63,484 nt of DNA, filler included, from Craspedostauros australis (GCA_030167865.1; 18 parts of 18 records of this genome joined end to end with filler, not necessarily neighbours in it); one strand, 5' to 3'; counted from the first letter of the whole stretch, positions 43,343 through 55,184 are shown. Notes: generated by a model from the sequence alone, not told the origin. Translations and numbers: made by a program.

Positions 43343-45490
43343 GCAGAGGCCGTAACGGAGGCAGAGGCAAAGGCCGTGGCTTCAAGGGCAACTGTCACTA
43401 CGGTGGGATTGCCTACCATCGAGAGTCAGAATGCAGAAAGAAGAAATACGACGAGCACATGAAGAAAGAACAAGAAAATGCAAACATGACTCGCGACTCG
43501 AGCGACAAAGACTCGAACGACATCGTCTTTACGATGATCGACGAACCATACTGTGTGAAGGGAACAGGGGAGATCAACAACTCCTTCTTTGACTCCTTCA
43601 CCTACTCCAGCGAACCCGAAGAAGTCCACGATGACAACTCCACCCCTGATTGGCTGCAGGAACCAATCATCCACGAGGTGGATCCCAGCCAAGGCCTCGA
43701 CTTCGACTTCAACTTCGAGTTCTGCATGAATGCTCAAGACGATTCAGATGAAGAAGAAATGGGCGGCGACACCAACGAGAGCGACAGTCGCGCAGCGACT
43801 GACCATCGTCCCAACAGAAGACGAGGCATCTTCGATGAGACCGACAGCGGCTCAGAATCGAGTGCATCCAACTTCGACGTGGATGGCTCGCAGAGCAACA
43901 TCGAACCAGACGAGGATTCGGCATCAGACAACGACAACCACAGCAACAACGATGCCACTTTCAACCCTAACGAGAGGGTCCAATACCCAACGCAGGTGAT
44001 CCTCGGATCCCTTGCGCCGTACTTTGAGCAAGGACGGACCGGCCGACACCAGATCCTCCCGGATCCGAGTCCAACCGCCAGGACTACGCAGCGACAACAC
44101 ATCGCAAATGCAGCATTCGCCGTGGCAATGTACCTCTTCCCAGACAACCCAGGGAACCAGAGCGACTGGATGAGCAACATGGTCTCGCTCTTCACAGCGG
44201 CAGGATTGTTCTCCATCGAACACATCCTAGCGAACGGCGCCTTCCTTCCCGACATCTTCGAACTACGAGGAATCCAGAGAATGGCTGACCTCGAGCACCA
44301 CCTCATCCTAGGCAGCTGCATGGCTGAGCTACTTGTACAACGACCGCATCCACAACATGGGATGGCGTTGAACCCAGACCAAAGTCAAGCCGAAGACCAG
44401 AACAATATGGACATCAACCACGCCATCGATGACATGGCCATCATGGCGATTGGCAATAACCTTCGAACTGTTGGACCAAGAGACGCACCCGATGAACACA
44501 CATGGCTAGCTGACAGTGGCGCATCGTGCCACATCACAAACTCGGACAAGGGGATGTTCAACATCCGCCACGTTAAGTCGCATGTGAGAGTTGGCAACAA
44601 CACCCAGTTGAGCTCACCGAAGATCGGTTCGATGCTCCTGGAAGTCACACAGAAGGACAACACGAAAACAACGATTCGCCTTGATGATGTGAAGGTCGCA
44701 CCAAAAATGTGGGTGAATTTATTCTCCACCAACAAGGCCCTGCAAAAAGGGTACCGGATCAACAACAACGGAATCATCATGAACATCGCGAAGAACAAGG
44801 GAAATCGAATCGTGTTCGACCGTGTGTTCCCGACGAAGAATGGTTTCATCACCGGAGTGCAGATGCGGCCAATCAACCCGAACAATGACGTGGCCGCACT
44901 ATCCATCGTGTCTAGCAACAAGCAGACAATCAATGCCACGACACTTCACCGTATCCTCGGACACGCACCACTTGCAACTATCAAGTGTACTGCAGCCAAA
45001 TATGGATGGAAGATAATCGGAGATCTGCCCACGTGCCGCGATTGCGCCACTGCGAATGCGCGCGTGAAGAACCTGGCCAAGGCGACCATTCCAAGAGCAA
45101 CAAAGAGCTTCGAACGGCTCTTCATCGACATCAGCTACACCAAGCACACGAGCTTTGGGAACAAGAGGCACTGGATACTGGTCGTCGACGACCACACCGA
45201 CTTCGCATGGAGCTTCTTCACCAAGAACAAGAGCGACCAACCAATCCACCTCAAGACACTCCTCCAACAGATGAGTCCCCACATCAAGGACCATCGAGTG
45301 ATCTTCCGCGGGGACAACAGCGGAGAGAACAAAGCAACAGAGGCCCAGCTGATCGAAGCCGGCCTCAATGTGTCATTCGAGTACACCGCTCCCAACACTC
45401 CACAGCAGAATGGGAGAGTCGAACGCAAGTTCGCATACCTTTACATGAAGGTACGGTCCATGCTGAAAGAAGCACAGTTGAACGAAGAGC
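43343..45490 (+). pseudogene. Internal fragment of a second copia family (degenerate knuckle, linker, protease, integrase N-half), cut by LTRs at both ends
   Basis: CHYGGIAYHRESEC (knuckle with one Cys lost), WLADSGASCH, HRILGH..CRDC, FIDIS, RGDNSGE, QQNGRVERKF. Homology to the 37894 polyprotein stops abruptly at 45490. Confidence 0.9.
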
Positions 45491-45762
45491 TGTCGAGATG
45501 TACATGTGAGTATATGTCAAGATGTACGTGTATATGTGCATCGTTCACCCGTTATTCTCTCATACGCACTTGGACGGTATAACTATACTCGTGTCGATAG
45601 TATGCTGTGATTCGTCAGAATTACAGGGGAAACGGAACACACAAAAAGGGGCAAGATTTCTGGAGGAAATTTGCAATCGATGATTTCTGAGAGAATTGGA
45701 AGATCGTCCGTCCATCCATCAATGGTACCAAGAGAATCTCGAGGTACTTCCCAACTAAACCT
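45491..45762 (+). mobile_element. Start of an LTR (TGTCGAGATGTACATG...), reading outward
   Basis: Begins with TG exactly where integrase homology ends. Co-linear with 1039-776 and 54284-54146 on the minus strand. Confidence 0.78.
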
Positions 45763-45862
45763 NNNNNNNNNNNNNNNNNNNNNNNNNNNNNNNNNNNNNN
45801 NNNNNNTTAATTAATTAANNNNNNNNNNNNNNNNNNNNNNNNNNNNNNNNNNNNNNNNNNNN

Positions 45863-46000
45863 CACAGGTTTCGTCCTTGATCTCTTGACACCTTTTCTTA
45901 CGATTGGTGTCAAGCTTGATGCCCTTTCTGAATTGTTCTAGTCCGCGAGTGGCACGTGTTTCGGTTCTCCTGATGGGGTGATCACAGACCTGCTGGTCAT
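45863..46000 (-). mobile_element. Degenerate copia gag relic
   Basis: LEQFRKGIKLD...EIKDE resembles the FxKGIKRD...LKD motif of diatom copia Gag (recalled motif, short match). Confidence 0.4.
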
Positions 46001-46212
46001 CGATGTTTCTCCTGTGACGTCGTTGTTTGGATTGTCGCGATGTCATGTTCGATGTTGGGACATCCTGTTTTTGCGTCGTCATGGTTTTTCTTGTTAGAGG
46101 AGGACAGGCTTGTTTTCTTGTCAAGACTGAGATCAGTCACGTTTGTCTTGAGTCACGGTTGTGATCAACAAGACTCAAAGGTGTGATCAACAGGAGTTGA
46201 TTTCAGTCGTGA

Positions 46213-47046
46213 TTGATAATTTTGGGAGGTGCGGCAATCATGGGTATCTTGACAAAGTCGTACCCTCGATTCCTAACAGATCTGCACAATCAGGACGTGT
46301 GGGACGATCGGGAATACTACGCCATCTTCTTCCGCGCCTTATCCCACAACACCTCGTTGCAGTACTTGAATCTGGCCGGCAACTTTCTGCACGACGGATT
46401 GGCGCAATCGATGGCAACATCCTTGGTCTGCAACACCAGCCTCGAGGAACTCATCCTCTCCGACGATCTCCTGGGCGACACATTCGCACACACCCTCGGT
46501 TGCTCTATGCAACAAATACAAGGATTGGAATCATTGCATTTGATGTTCAACTCGAGGCTCAGCAAGGATCTTGGATGGGCGGCGCTAGCGCAGGGTATGC
46601 GCCAGAACTGGTCCCTTTGCAGCGTCTTGCTACACGAGATTGACAGCGCCGGACATGAAGAGCGGTCTCGCTGCCTTTGCGAATTGGCACACGATCGTGA
46701 TGTTCTCGAAGCGTACACGGCGATTCGGTACTACACCCATCTGAATCGATGCGGGCGGCGGGCCATGCTCGATGGTGGACCGGCGCAACATAGTGCTGAT
46801 GTAACACAGTCACTGGCCACCTCGCTGGGCACTCGCTTGCCTGTTTCCCGGGATGCCAACTCCCTGCCATCCTCGTTATGGCCACACATTTTTGCATATG
46901 CCGGCTCAGCTGAGAACCGCATCCTCACGCTGTGCTTGAAAGAAGCTGGTTTTGAAGTTGAGAAAGCTGAGGAACAACAGCAGCTCCTCCAAGCGAATGT
47001 GCTCTTCTGCTTCCTGCGAGAGAGATTCTTCCATGCTTATGGGTGA
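46213..47046 (+). CDS. RNI-like leucine-rich-repeat protein, C-terminal part of a diatom-expanded family; start uncertain or truncated
   Basis: NTSLQYLNLAGN, NTSLEELILSDD, LESLHLMFN, GMRQNWSL, then the typical tail IRYYTHLNRCGRR...LWPHIF...VLFCFLRE. Confidence 0.75.
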   Translation: MIILGGAAIMGILTKSYPRFLTDLHNQDVWDDREYYAIFFRALSHNTSLQYLNLAGNFLHDGLAQSMATSLVCNTSLEELILSDDLLGDTFAHTLGCSMQQIQGLESLHLMFNSRLSKDLGWAALAQGMRQNWSLCSVLLHEIDSAGHEERSRCLCELAHDRDVLEAYTAIRYYTHLNRCGRRAMLDGGPAQHSADVTQSLATSLGTRLPVSRDANSLPSSLWPHIFAYAGSAENRILTLCLKEAGFEVEKAEEQQQLLQANVLFCFLRERFFHAYG

Positions 47047-47410
47047 AACGTGACCAGTGAGCTTACAGTCACAACGCCCACTCTCCTCATGGTGATCTGT
47101 GTGGAATGGATCAATAGTGGGAGAGCAGCGTATATTAAATATAATAAATTTGTACTTTTGAACGAATGCACTATACTGCACCTTCATGCGTTTGCGTCTG
47201 TCGTTAACGCCGTTCCATAACCTACATTCCCTCTGCCGTAGAGAGCGCAGTGTGCAGGCGTCTCAAGGTGTGGCCTCTCGTCTCTATGCATTGCTGTGAA
47301 CTGGATGTGAGTGGTTTCCGATGTCTTCTTTGCATTGATGAAGACCACGATGGTTGGAGTGGAGGGAAGTCGAAAGAGCCACTCTACTCAAACGAGGGTG
47401 CAGTGTCATT

Positions 47411-47901
47411 CTAGACGGAATCGCCTGCATCCGGTTTGGCGTCCGCGTCTGCGTCCGCATCTGCGTCGACAGCAGCGATAGCATCGATCTCGGATGCTGC
47501 TTGTTGCGGGGAGTTCTCCTCGATCTGAGACAAACGGAGAGAGAAGCGACGGGACAGACGTTCCGCCATCAACATGCGATCGTCACGAGCATTGTCGTAT
47601 TCCTCGTGGCACTGCGGGTTGAAAAATGGATGATGATGAATGGGAAAAAGATAACGTGTCGGCGGATGGGTGGTTGGATGAGTGACAAAGGTGTCATGCC
47701 ATGAAGAATGATGAGGGATTGAATGGGCCATTTGTTGCACCTTGTAAATGCGATGCACACATCATAACACAGCACAGAACAGCAGAGCACAGAACAGAAC
47801 AGCGCCACGTCGAACAAATCATCGAACTCACTTGACCCATGAAGGCGCAGAACTCAAGAAAGTCCACATATCCGCTACCATCAGCATCCATCACCGCCCA
47901 C
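47411..47901 (-). CDS. 3' end of an EF-hand protein (exons 47901-47832 and 47611-47411), 5' partial
   Basis: MDADGSGYVDFLEFCAFMGQ|CHEEYD..., with the same intron position as the paralogue at 32825. Confidence 0.8.
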
Positions 47902-48001
47902 NNNNNNNNNNNNNNNNNNNNNNNNNNNNNNNNNNNNNNNNNNNNTTAATTAATTAANNNNNNNNNNNNNNNNNNNNNNNNNNNNNNNNNNNNNNNNNNN
48001 N

Positions 48002-49008
48002 ATGCTCCAAGGGCCGGATCCGCTGGGACCCATAAGTGGGTACTACCATAGAGTACAGTGGTGGGCGGATCATCCTTGAGACGCACCAAGCACAGATCCC
48101 ATGCTTGGGATGTGCAACCATCAAGTCGTCCAGGTGGGGTGTAGGTATGGTACCCACCATGACGCTGACGACCGGATTCGTCCGACTTGAGACGATCCGC
48201 GAGACCACACAAAATGATGTCAGAACCGTGTTCTGCAATGGGCTCGAAAACGTCACTGGGATCCGTGCTCAAGCCAATGGGAGGCGAGCGTGCATCGTCG
48301 AGATCTTTGCTGCGAAGGTTCGGCGGAACACCAGTGTCAGCAAAATTCTCGTTCGGAACAAGAGGCGGAGGCGCGTTGTGGCCATCAACACCGTTGTGAT
48401 CGTTCGCACTGTGGATGCGTTGCGCAGCCATGGTGCAGTTGTCTCCAACACGGTTGCCACGGAAGCAAGCGCTGTCATGCGAAACATAGCGGCTGTGGGC
48501 GCGTTGGACAGCAAGTGAATGGCCATCATCAGGATGGTTGATGCCGATGTTGCGACAAGATGATGTTGATGCCAATGGCGTACGTGCATGGAAGACGGAG
48601 CCAATGTATGCTGCGGGAATGATGTCTTCGCCCCGGCGATACGCACGGAAGGAGTGTGCATCAAGCATGCCAATGGCATCAATCCAATCGCCATGAGNGC
48701 CCTGACCAAAGTCCTGATACCACGAGCGGAGCTTCCACATATTGCGCATGCGGATGATGGTGACCACTGGTGACGCGCACATGCATGCATAGAACTCGTG
48801 CTCTGAGAGTTCAAGCAGATCAAAGAACTCATCGTCGCACTCAACCTGCATGTCTGCGAGCAGCGTTGCCAACCAAATCCATCCGAGGCGGCGCGTGATG
48901 GTCTCAGCGGTGACGAGACTGTCGGGCAGCCCTGCGCATGTGTCAGATGCATCGAAGGACATGGCGGATGATGGAGCGAGGCGATGGGCGGGGGTGTTGG
49001 AAGGCATG
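48002..49008 (-). other. Stop-free frame across a whole small contig; possibly a decayed retroelement gag N-terminal region
   Basis: FFDLLELSEHEF...IRMRNMWKLRSWY...DWI...SFRAYR is reminiscent of diatom copia Gag N-termini. Weak, by-eye only. Confidence 0.3.
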
Positions 49009-49109
49009 NNNNNNNNNNNNNNNNNNNNNNNNNNNNNNNNNNNNNNNNNNNNTTAATTAATTAANNNNNNNNNNNNNNNNNNNNNNNNNNNNNNNNNNNN
49101 NNNNNNNNT

Positions 49110-49883
49110 CAAACATTGATCGACTCTGGAATCCACCATCTATCTTTGACCAAGCCATCATCCCCACCGTCATCGTCATCCTCGCTGTCATCGTCATGGG
49201 ACGATTCTATCGCTGATCCTGTCGCTGACCCTGTCGCTGTCCCTGTCCCTGATCCGATCACTGACTCCATCCAAACCACCGTGGCTCTTCCTGACCTCCA
49301 ACCCAAATATGTCCGCCATGTCATCGAATGCATCTACAAGGGGGAGATATCCTTCGATGAGAGCGATCATGCCGGTGGCGATGACCAGCCAACTCCCATC
49401 CTCAATGGACAACACGATCTGCAGCAGCTGATCCTTGTGGCCAACGAGTTCGGCTTCTGGCGACTCAAGCTTGTTCTTGAAGCGGAGTTGGCCCACAAGC
49501 ACCTCACAAAGGACACCATGATTGATACACTGATATTCGCCCATCAACACAGCTGTTCAGTGTTGGAAGATGCGGCAATGAGAGTGATATCTCAAAATAC
49601 AAAGGCTTGTCTTGCTCATCCAGATTTCAACAAGATCACTCAAGAACCTCAACTGATGGGAGGCATTCAAGTCCTTTGCAGTGGAGGAACAGTCAGCGAT
49701 GGTGTTGATGACGAGTACAGTCGCATGTCTATGATGGAGCTGTACAAGGTTGTGGATGAAGATGAGGGTAGTGCGCAAGTGGATTCATACATGGATCGTG
49801 TAACATTGGTGGGTTTCGTGCGTTCCATCAAATCATCCTTTGAAAGTGAGAGCAACAGCGCTGCTGAGGAGGAGGACAAGTGA
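49110..49883 (+). CDS. BTB/POZ C-terminal half plus BACK-like helices, 5' partial; paralogue of the 35571 gene
   Basis: LPDLQPKYVRHVIECIYKGEI, LILVANEFGFWRLKLVLEAEL, IDTLIFAHQHSCSVLEDAAM. Begins QTLIDSGIHH versus QTLIGSGIQH at about 36545. Confidence 0.82.
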   Translation, partial: QTLIDSGIHHLSLTKPSSPPSSSSSLSSSWDDSIADPVADPVAVPVPDPITDSIQTTVALPDLQPKYVRHVIECIYKGEISFDESDHAGGDDQPTPILNGQHDLQQLILVANEFGFWRLKLVLEAELAHKHLTKDTMIDTLIFAHQHSCSVLEDAAMRVISQNTKACLAHPDFNKITQEPQLMGGIQVLCSGGTVSDGVDDEYSRMSMMELYKVVDEDEGSAQVDSYMDRVTLVGFVRSIKSSFESESNSAAEEEDK

Positions 49884-50636
49884 AGCACCACCACAGAAGA
49901 CTGGGGAACGAACTCGTCATGAAGTTGAGGAGAGTAGATGACGAATATTCAGTAGTCGTACAGGACATGAGCGGTTTCTTCAAAATCTAAAACTGTTTAT
50001 GTACTCTACTTCAATTGTGTTCTGTACTCTGTGATGCACAATGTAGCATTCCGAGACTGGTGCAGATCTGTCCACATGCTCTCATGCTCTCATGTTTGCG
50101 CTCATGTTTGCACCCATCCCAAGCTCGCCGTGTTGAGCTGAATGCAGGGACGCGCCATGTTGTCTCGGATGACTCTCCACAGACAAGCACCACAGACAAG
50201 CACCACACCCCTGTGCAATGGTATGCGCTCACAGAGATGTGCTGGACACCTTCGAAGTGTGCAAGCCTTTCGCGAGATGCTCAAACTTGCCATCTTGGAA
50301 TCCTGGCAGAGATTCGAGCAGGTAGGTCGCAGCGCAGGGCAGATCTTCCTCGCTACTCGTCGGGGATGTTGCTGTTGGTGTATCCGTACTGAAGGCGCCG
50401 CCCCGCGCTGGATTCCGGAATGCTGTCGCACCGCCGGTTGACCCAAGCAGAGCCTGCTCCCGTTCCAAGATGGGGTATCCTTGCACGCTGACCTTGGTGT
50501 CGAGAGCGGTCTTGGGACAGGCGTCCTCAGGCGCGTNNNNNNNNNNNNNNNNNNNNNNNNNNNNNNNNNNNNNNNNNNNNTTAATTAATTAANNNNNNNN
50601 NNNNNNNNNNNNNNNNNNNNNNNNNNNNNNNNNNNN

Positions 50637-51089
50637 GAGGATGACGAGGGGCAGGAGCGGACCTTCCGGTATGGCAACGGCGATGGGCAAACCGATGGAT
50701 GGAATGTTCTCGTCGAATGAAGGAAGCGGCGCGCATTGGCGGATCTTCTGTCTCAATTGAATGACGAGATGCGCCGTTGCATAGATCAACGTCTGGTACG
50801 TGATCGCAACACTCGTACGTTGATGGCTTTGCATCGGCGTTGACATCGCCATCCCATCCACCGATTCTGCTGCATCTGTCCCATTGTGAAGCGGGGTCGT
50901 CAGAAAGGCCAGGTCTCTCCAGTAGCAAGGCAATGCTTCGTCTTCTGAACTGGACAAGTCTCCTGTGGATCTTTTCTGCCACACAATCGCTGGCTTGCGA
51001 AGCCAACCGATGGATTCGTCACATGCCATCGTACGAGCAGATGATGATGATGTCTGGCAATTCATGGTCAATGCGGCAATGGAATCCAT
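50637..51089 (-). CDS. 5' fragment of a probable AMP-binding (adenylation domain) enzyme
   Basis: KPAIVW...ITYQTLIYATAHLVIQLR...IAVAIPEGPLLPLVIL fits the A1 (LTY.EL) to A2 region of ANL-superfamily enzymes. The ORF runs into the linker. Confidence 0.5.
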
Positions 51090-51464
51090 CCACAGCAGCG
51101 CAAACGCAATGATGAACGCAGGATGTCTGAAGCAGGCTGATGCGGATCGATTCCAAAGAAGATATCGCGTGCAACCATCAGCCATAGCCTGTGGTACGAG
51201 CTATGCAATGGTGTGCTCTTGCTCATCGATTGATTCTCTGTGTGGATTGTGATGGGTTTGTGATGGGATTGTGATGTGCGAGAGTGGAGACAGATCTGAT
51301 TTCTTGGCGCCAAAATCGCGTCTGTCCGCAATCCGGAGATGTGGGCATGCAGAGCTACCAGTACAATCTTCGGTGCTGCCGCATCCCTCTATCGTATAAT
51401 AGCTAGTCTTCTCTTACGACTATGTACACGATAGATAGCCCGCAGATCACTAAACGAGAGAGAG

Positions 51465-51644
51465 TGTTGGCAAGTTCCGCGCACGGTAACCTACGATCGT
51501 GGAAGATGGTGTTGGTTGATAGTCGTCTGTTTGCTATTTCATTACTTGGCTACTCCGATGCTCTCGGTGTACGCCGTTCTCTTGCCCGATGCTCTCGGTG
51601 CTTCAATCTGTTTCGTAGATTCAGTCTCCGACTATGAGTCGGTA
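51465..51644 (-). mobile_element. Distal end of an LTR-family copy (...GCGGAACTTGCCAACA on the minus strand)
   Basis: TGTTGGCAAGTTCCGC on the plus strand is identical to 53627-53642, with unrelated left flanks. The downstream sequence matches 315-430. Confidence 0.72.
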
Positions 51645-52229
51645 NNNNNNNNNNNNNNNNNNNNNNNNNNNNNNNNNNNNNNNNNNNNTTAATTAATTAA
51701 NNNNNNNNNNNNNNNNNNNNNNNNNNNNNNNNNNNNNNNNNNNNTGAGTCGACCACTCGTTTGAAACGGGCATTCTAACTTTTCATCTTCGATATCCAAA
51801 CCAAGCACATATTCTTAATCCTTATAATCTTCTTACAAATAATTAACCGATCGATTTTTTATGTATATCCTGTTTTAAGTCTTATGGATCGATCTATATG
51901 TTCATTCTAGTCGCGTGGGTCCAACAGCACAAAACCCGTTGTTATTGGCAGAAGGTTCGATGATGTTCTCATTTATTTATCGTGAGGTGATCAGTCACGG
52001 ACTTGCTTCCGAAGGTGCCGGTGGTTTGGTACGCGTTAATTACACGTTAGCATGTGGCACCTGATTCCGCATTCTGCTCGTCACAAAACACATGACACAA
52101 AACACATCACACAAAACACATCATCTCCATCATTTCGCAAAATCGCGCCTCACTTTGGCTCCATTCACAACTGTCCTCGCCAATGCCATGCACACTCGCC
52201 CTTTCGCTCCATGCCCGTTCTCGTCAGAC

Positions 52230-52251
52230 TAGTAGTAGCAGTAGCAGTAGC

Positions 52252-52296
<45 letters not shown>

Positions 52297-52312
52297 TGTT
52301 GTTGTTGCTGTT
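52230..52312. repeat. (TAG)n/(TTG)n microsatellite
   Basis: Read directly. Confidence 0.9.
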
Positions 52313-52428
52313 GTCAACGAATGGTCCACTCATCATCCCATGCTCTCCTGTCCTCACTTCGGCTCAGACCAGTGCACACCATCACATCGAACTAGCAAAC
52401 AACACTACTCTACACCAACAGCTACATC

Positions 52429-52991
52429 ATGCCTCTCTCTACCACCCCCAAGGCCCTCTCCAACGATGCCAACCCCTCCCCCAGTAAGAAACCACGTGCT
52501 CACCCTGTGTCTGCTCCCTTCGATTCGAAGGGATTCCTGTTGCCGACTGCAGACCAACTGTTGCCCGACAAGCCGTCCGCTACGTTGAAGAAGCAGAGCA
52601 CCATCACGCGAGTGATGGATGTGAAGCCGATGCATGCAGCGGATGGCAACCTCGTCCCGAACGGTATGCATGCGCACGCTCGCGAGCTGCACGTGTACGT
52701 TCACATCCTNGACAACAACGGATGCGTCTACGACGACTCCCACGTCGAGGTGCGTTCGGAGGGACGAGGTGTCGGCGATGGAGCAGTGGTGAGCGTTATC
52801 GTGAACGCGCCGCCCCATGCTGCAGCTGACGTTGCACCACCTGTCGCGCCGACCCCACCAGCGAGGCTCCCTCGTCGCTGCAATGCTGTTGTTGCTGGGG
52901 GCTACGCAGATGCCTCTAGCGATAGCGACAGCGCGTACGAGGACAACGGCAAGGAGCAACGAACACGTGCCAGCAGGAACAGGAGAGGAGG
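52429..52991 (+). CDS. Hypothetical protein, 3' partial
   Basis: ATG-initiated ORF open to the contig end with coding-like composition. No domain recognised. Confidence 0.35.
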
Positions 52992-53091
52992 NNNNNNNNN
53001 NNNNNNNNNNNNNNNNNNNNNNNNNNNNNNNNNNNTTAATTAATTAANNNNNNNNNNNNNNNNNNNNNNNNNNNNNNNNNNNNNNNNNNNN

Positions 53092-53626
53092 CGTCTGGGT
53101 ACAGATGCATGCCTGCTGTCATCACAGCGTCGTGGATGAGCTGCCATTGCATGATCTCTGCTGTTGCTGGGGCCCGTGGTGTTATGTCAAGTCTGTATAT
53201 CACTCTTGTTCCTCTGAACTCTGCAGTCGGTGCGAATGCGGCGTCGGCTGGGTAGGCGACTCGCTCGTCGGGGTTGAATCCATTTTCTGATTCATCGCTG
53301 CTATCTTCATCGAAGATGCCCGTTCTGTTGTTCCTCGCTGCTGTTCATCTCGTCGTTGGAGACGTCTTCGTTCTTGTTGGGGTCTGCGTCGTTTGCATTC
53401 TTGGCAGCTTCTATCTTGATATCGATGGCCTCGGTTCCCATTTCAGCTGCGTCGCCGGATGGATTGATGATGTCATTCTCGTTGAAGCAGTACTCATAGC
53501 TGACTTCACAATGTGGATTGACTTTGTGGATGATTGGCTCATCGCTGAGCCACGCTGGTACGGCCTTGTTGTCATGTACTTCACAATCCGAGCCGCGGGC
53601 TCGCACTGATCTATCGTTTATAAACA
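53092..53626 (-). pseudogene. Frameshifted relic of the Gag-protease linker of the same copia family as 43343-45490
   Basis: EVHDNKAVPAWLSDEPIIHKVNP..EYCFN versus EVHDDNSTPDWLQEPIIHEVDP..EFCMN. In a shifted frame, NRTGIFDEDSSDESE versus NRRRGIFDETDSGSES. Confidence 0.72.
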
Positions 53627-54284
53627 TGTTGGCAAGTTCCGCTCATGGATACTCTTGCGACTGTGAATGACAGTGTTGGTGGTGGTGGTGGTGGTGGTGG
53701 TGGTGGTAGTTGCGATTCTGTTTGCTGGTTCATTATGTTGCTATTCCAATTCTGTCTTGGAGTCTCCTGACTATGAGTCAGCATGCAAGGTGATCTTTTA
53801 CGATTGCTCGTTTTCTCTCTCTCTCTCTNNNNNNNNNNNNNNNNNNNNNNNNNNNNNNNNGTACTCGATACGTGCTCCGTATTTGATACGTATTCAGTTG
53901 TCTCATCCTCTACTGGCCTACTACTTTGTGTGCAGTTTCCAACATCTCATCCGAACTCCTCCTTGCATATCCACGATCTCAATGTCCCTTGGTCATCAAA
54001 TCTTCGCCTTCTCGATCTGATGTGGAGACAGATGTCGACATGGTGACATGATGACATCTTGTCAACGTCAGCTGTCACCTTCCACAGTCCTTCTGATTCC
54101 ATGTTCCATCAATGATGCGATGGTCTGGTGAGGATATTGTCATTTGAGGTTTAGTTGGGAAATACATTGAGCTTCACTTGATGCCATGCATTTCCTTTGA
54201 TGGATGGACGGACGATGTTCCTGATACTCTCAGAAATCGTTGATTGCAAATTTCCTCCAGAAATTCTGCTCGTTTTCATGTGTT
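53627..54284 (-). mobile_element. LTR-family copy (distal about 660 bp) abutting the copia relic
   Basis: Terminus TGTTGGCAAG at 53627. Co-linear with 300-910, including the CT microsatellite and AACTCCTCCTTG..ATC block. Confidence 0.78.
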
Positions 54285-55184
54285 NNNNNNNNNNNNNNNN
54301 NNNNNNNNNNNNNNNNNNNNNNNNNNNNTTAATTAATTAANNNNNNNNNNNNNNNNNNNNNNNNNNNNNNNNNNNNNNNNNNNNATGTGTACATCATCCA
54401 TCTGTTTGCTCCAATTCCTTGTGATGCGGATCGTATTCTGACGACACGTTCAATGGAAAGGACAAAAATTACATTCTAACAAGCTAAGAGCATGGAGAGC
54501 ATTCCAATGGGTATATTATTAGCTTGTGGGTATCTAATTCCATCTGGAAGAGATGCTGGCATCCAAATCTGTGAATCGTGTGATACTGTGTGGTGCGCAT
54601 CGCGCTGTACAGTCTTCTGCATATCTATGCATTCGGCAGGCCATTTTGAGAGATCCGATCAGCCACATCACTCCAAGAACACTCGAAAGAGTAAGGGCAT
54701 GAAGTTTGAAGTCTTTGATCCGTCAGGAAGGGATCCAATTCTACGGATGCTGATATCACGCGGTTCTGAACCGTCCGTGTCACGCTGTAGAACGTTCTGA
54801 GAATACGTGCATATAAAATGTTGGTCATATTCAACTCCAACACTTTGGTGAATCCGAACGCATTCCACAGAGCACAGACATGGGGTTTGAAGCCGTGAAT
54901 CCTCCAGGAAGACGCATCAGTATGCGCCCAGGTGATCCACATGTCATGACGCCGCTCAGTGACACTCCACTTCAGCATCCGTAGAAATGGACCTCTTCCA
55001 AATGGATATGGGACTTCAACCTCCATGGCAACAGCCTTCGGAGTCTACTTGACGCAATGCAGTTGGTCGGATCTCTCAAGCCAGCCAACCGAATGAAGAT
55101 GTCCGCAGAAGGCTCCACAGCGCAATGCGCATCGGAAAGCCCCCTCGCAAAAAGCATCACCAGATATCCGTAAGGAATTTTTCG

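Noticed and set aside
43256..45577. Inverted repeats read as TIRs of a DNA transposon carrying a captured pol fragment
   Set aside because: The sharp TG termini face inward against the coding fragment and the repeat continues outward as LTR-family sequence, the opposite of TIR geometry.
37873..45762. Treating the two adjacent copia contigs as one tandem element
   Set aside because: They are separated by an artificial linker and are divergent families with overlapping domain content.
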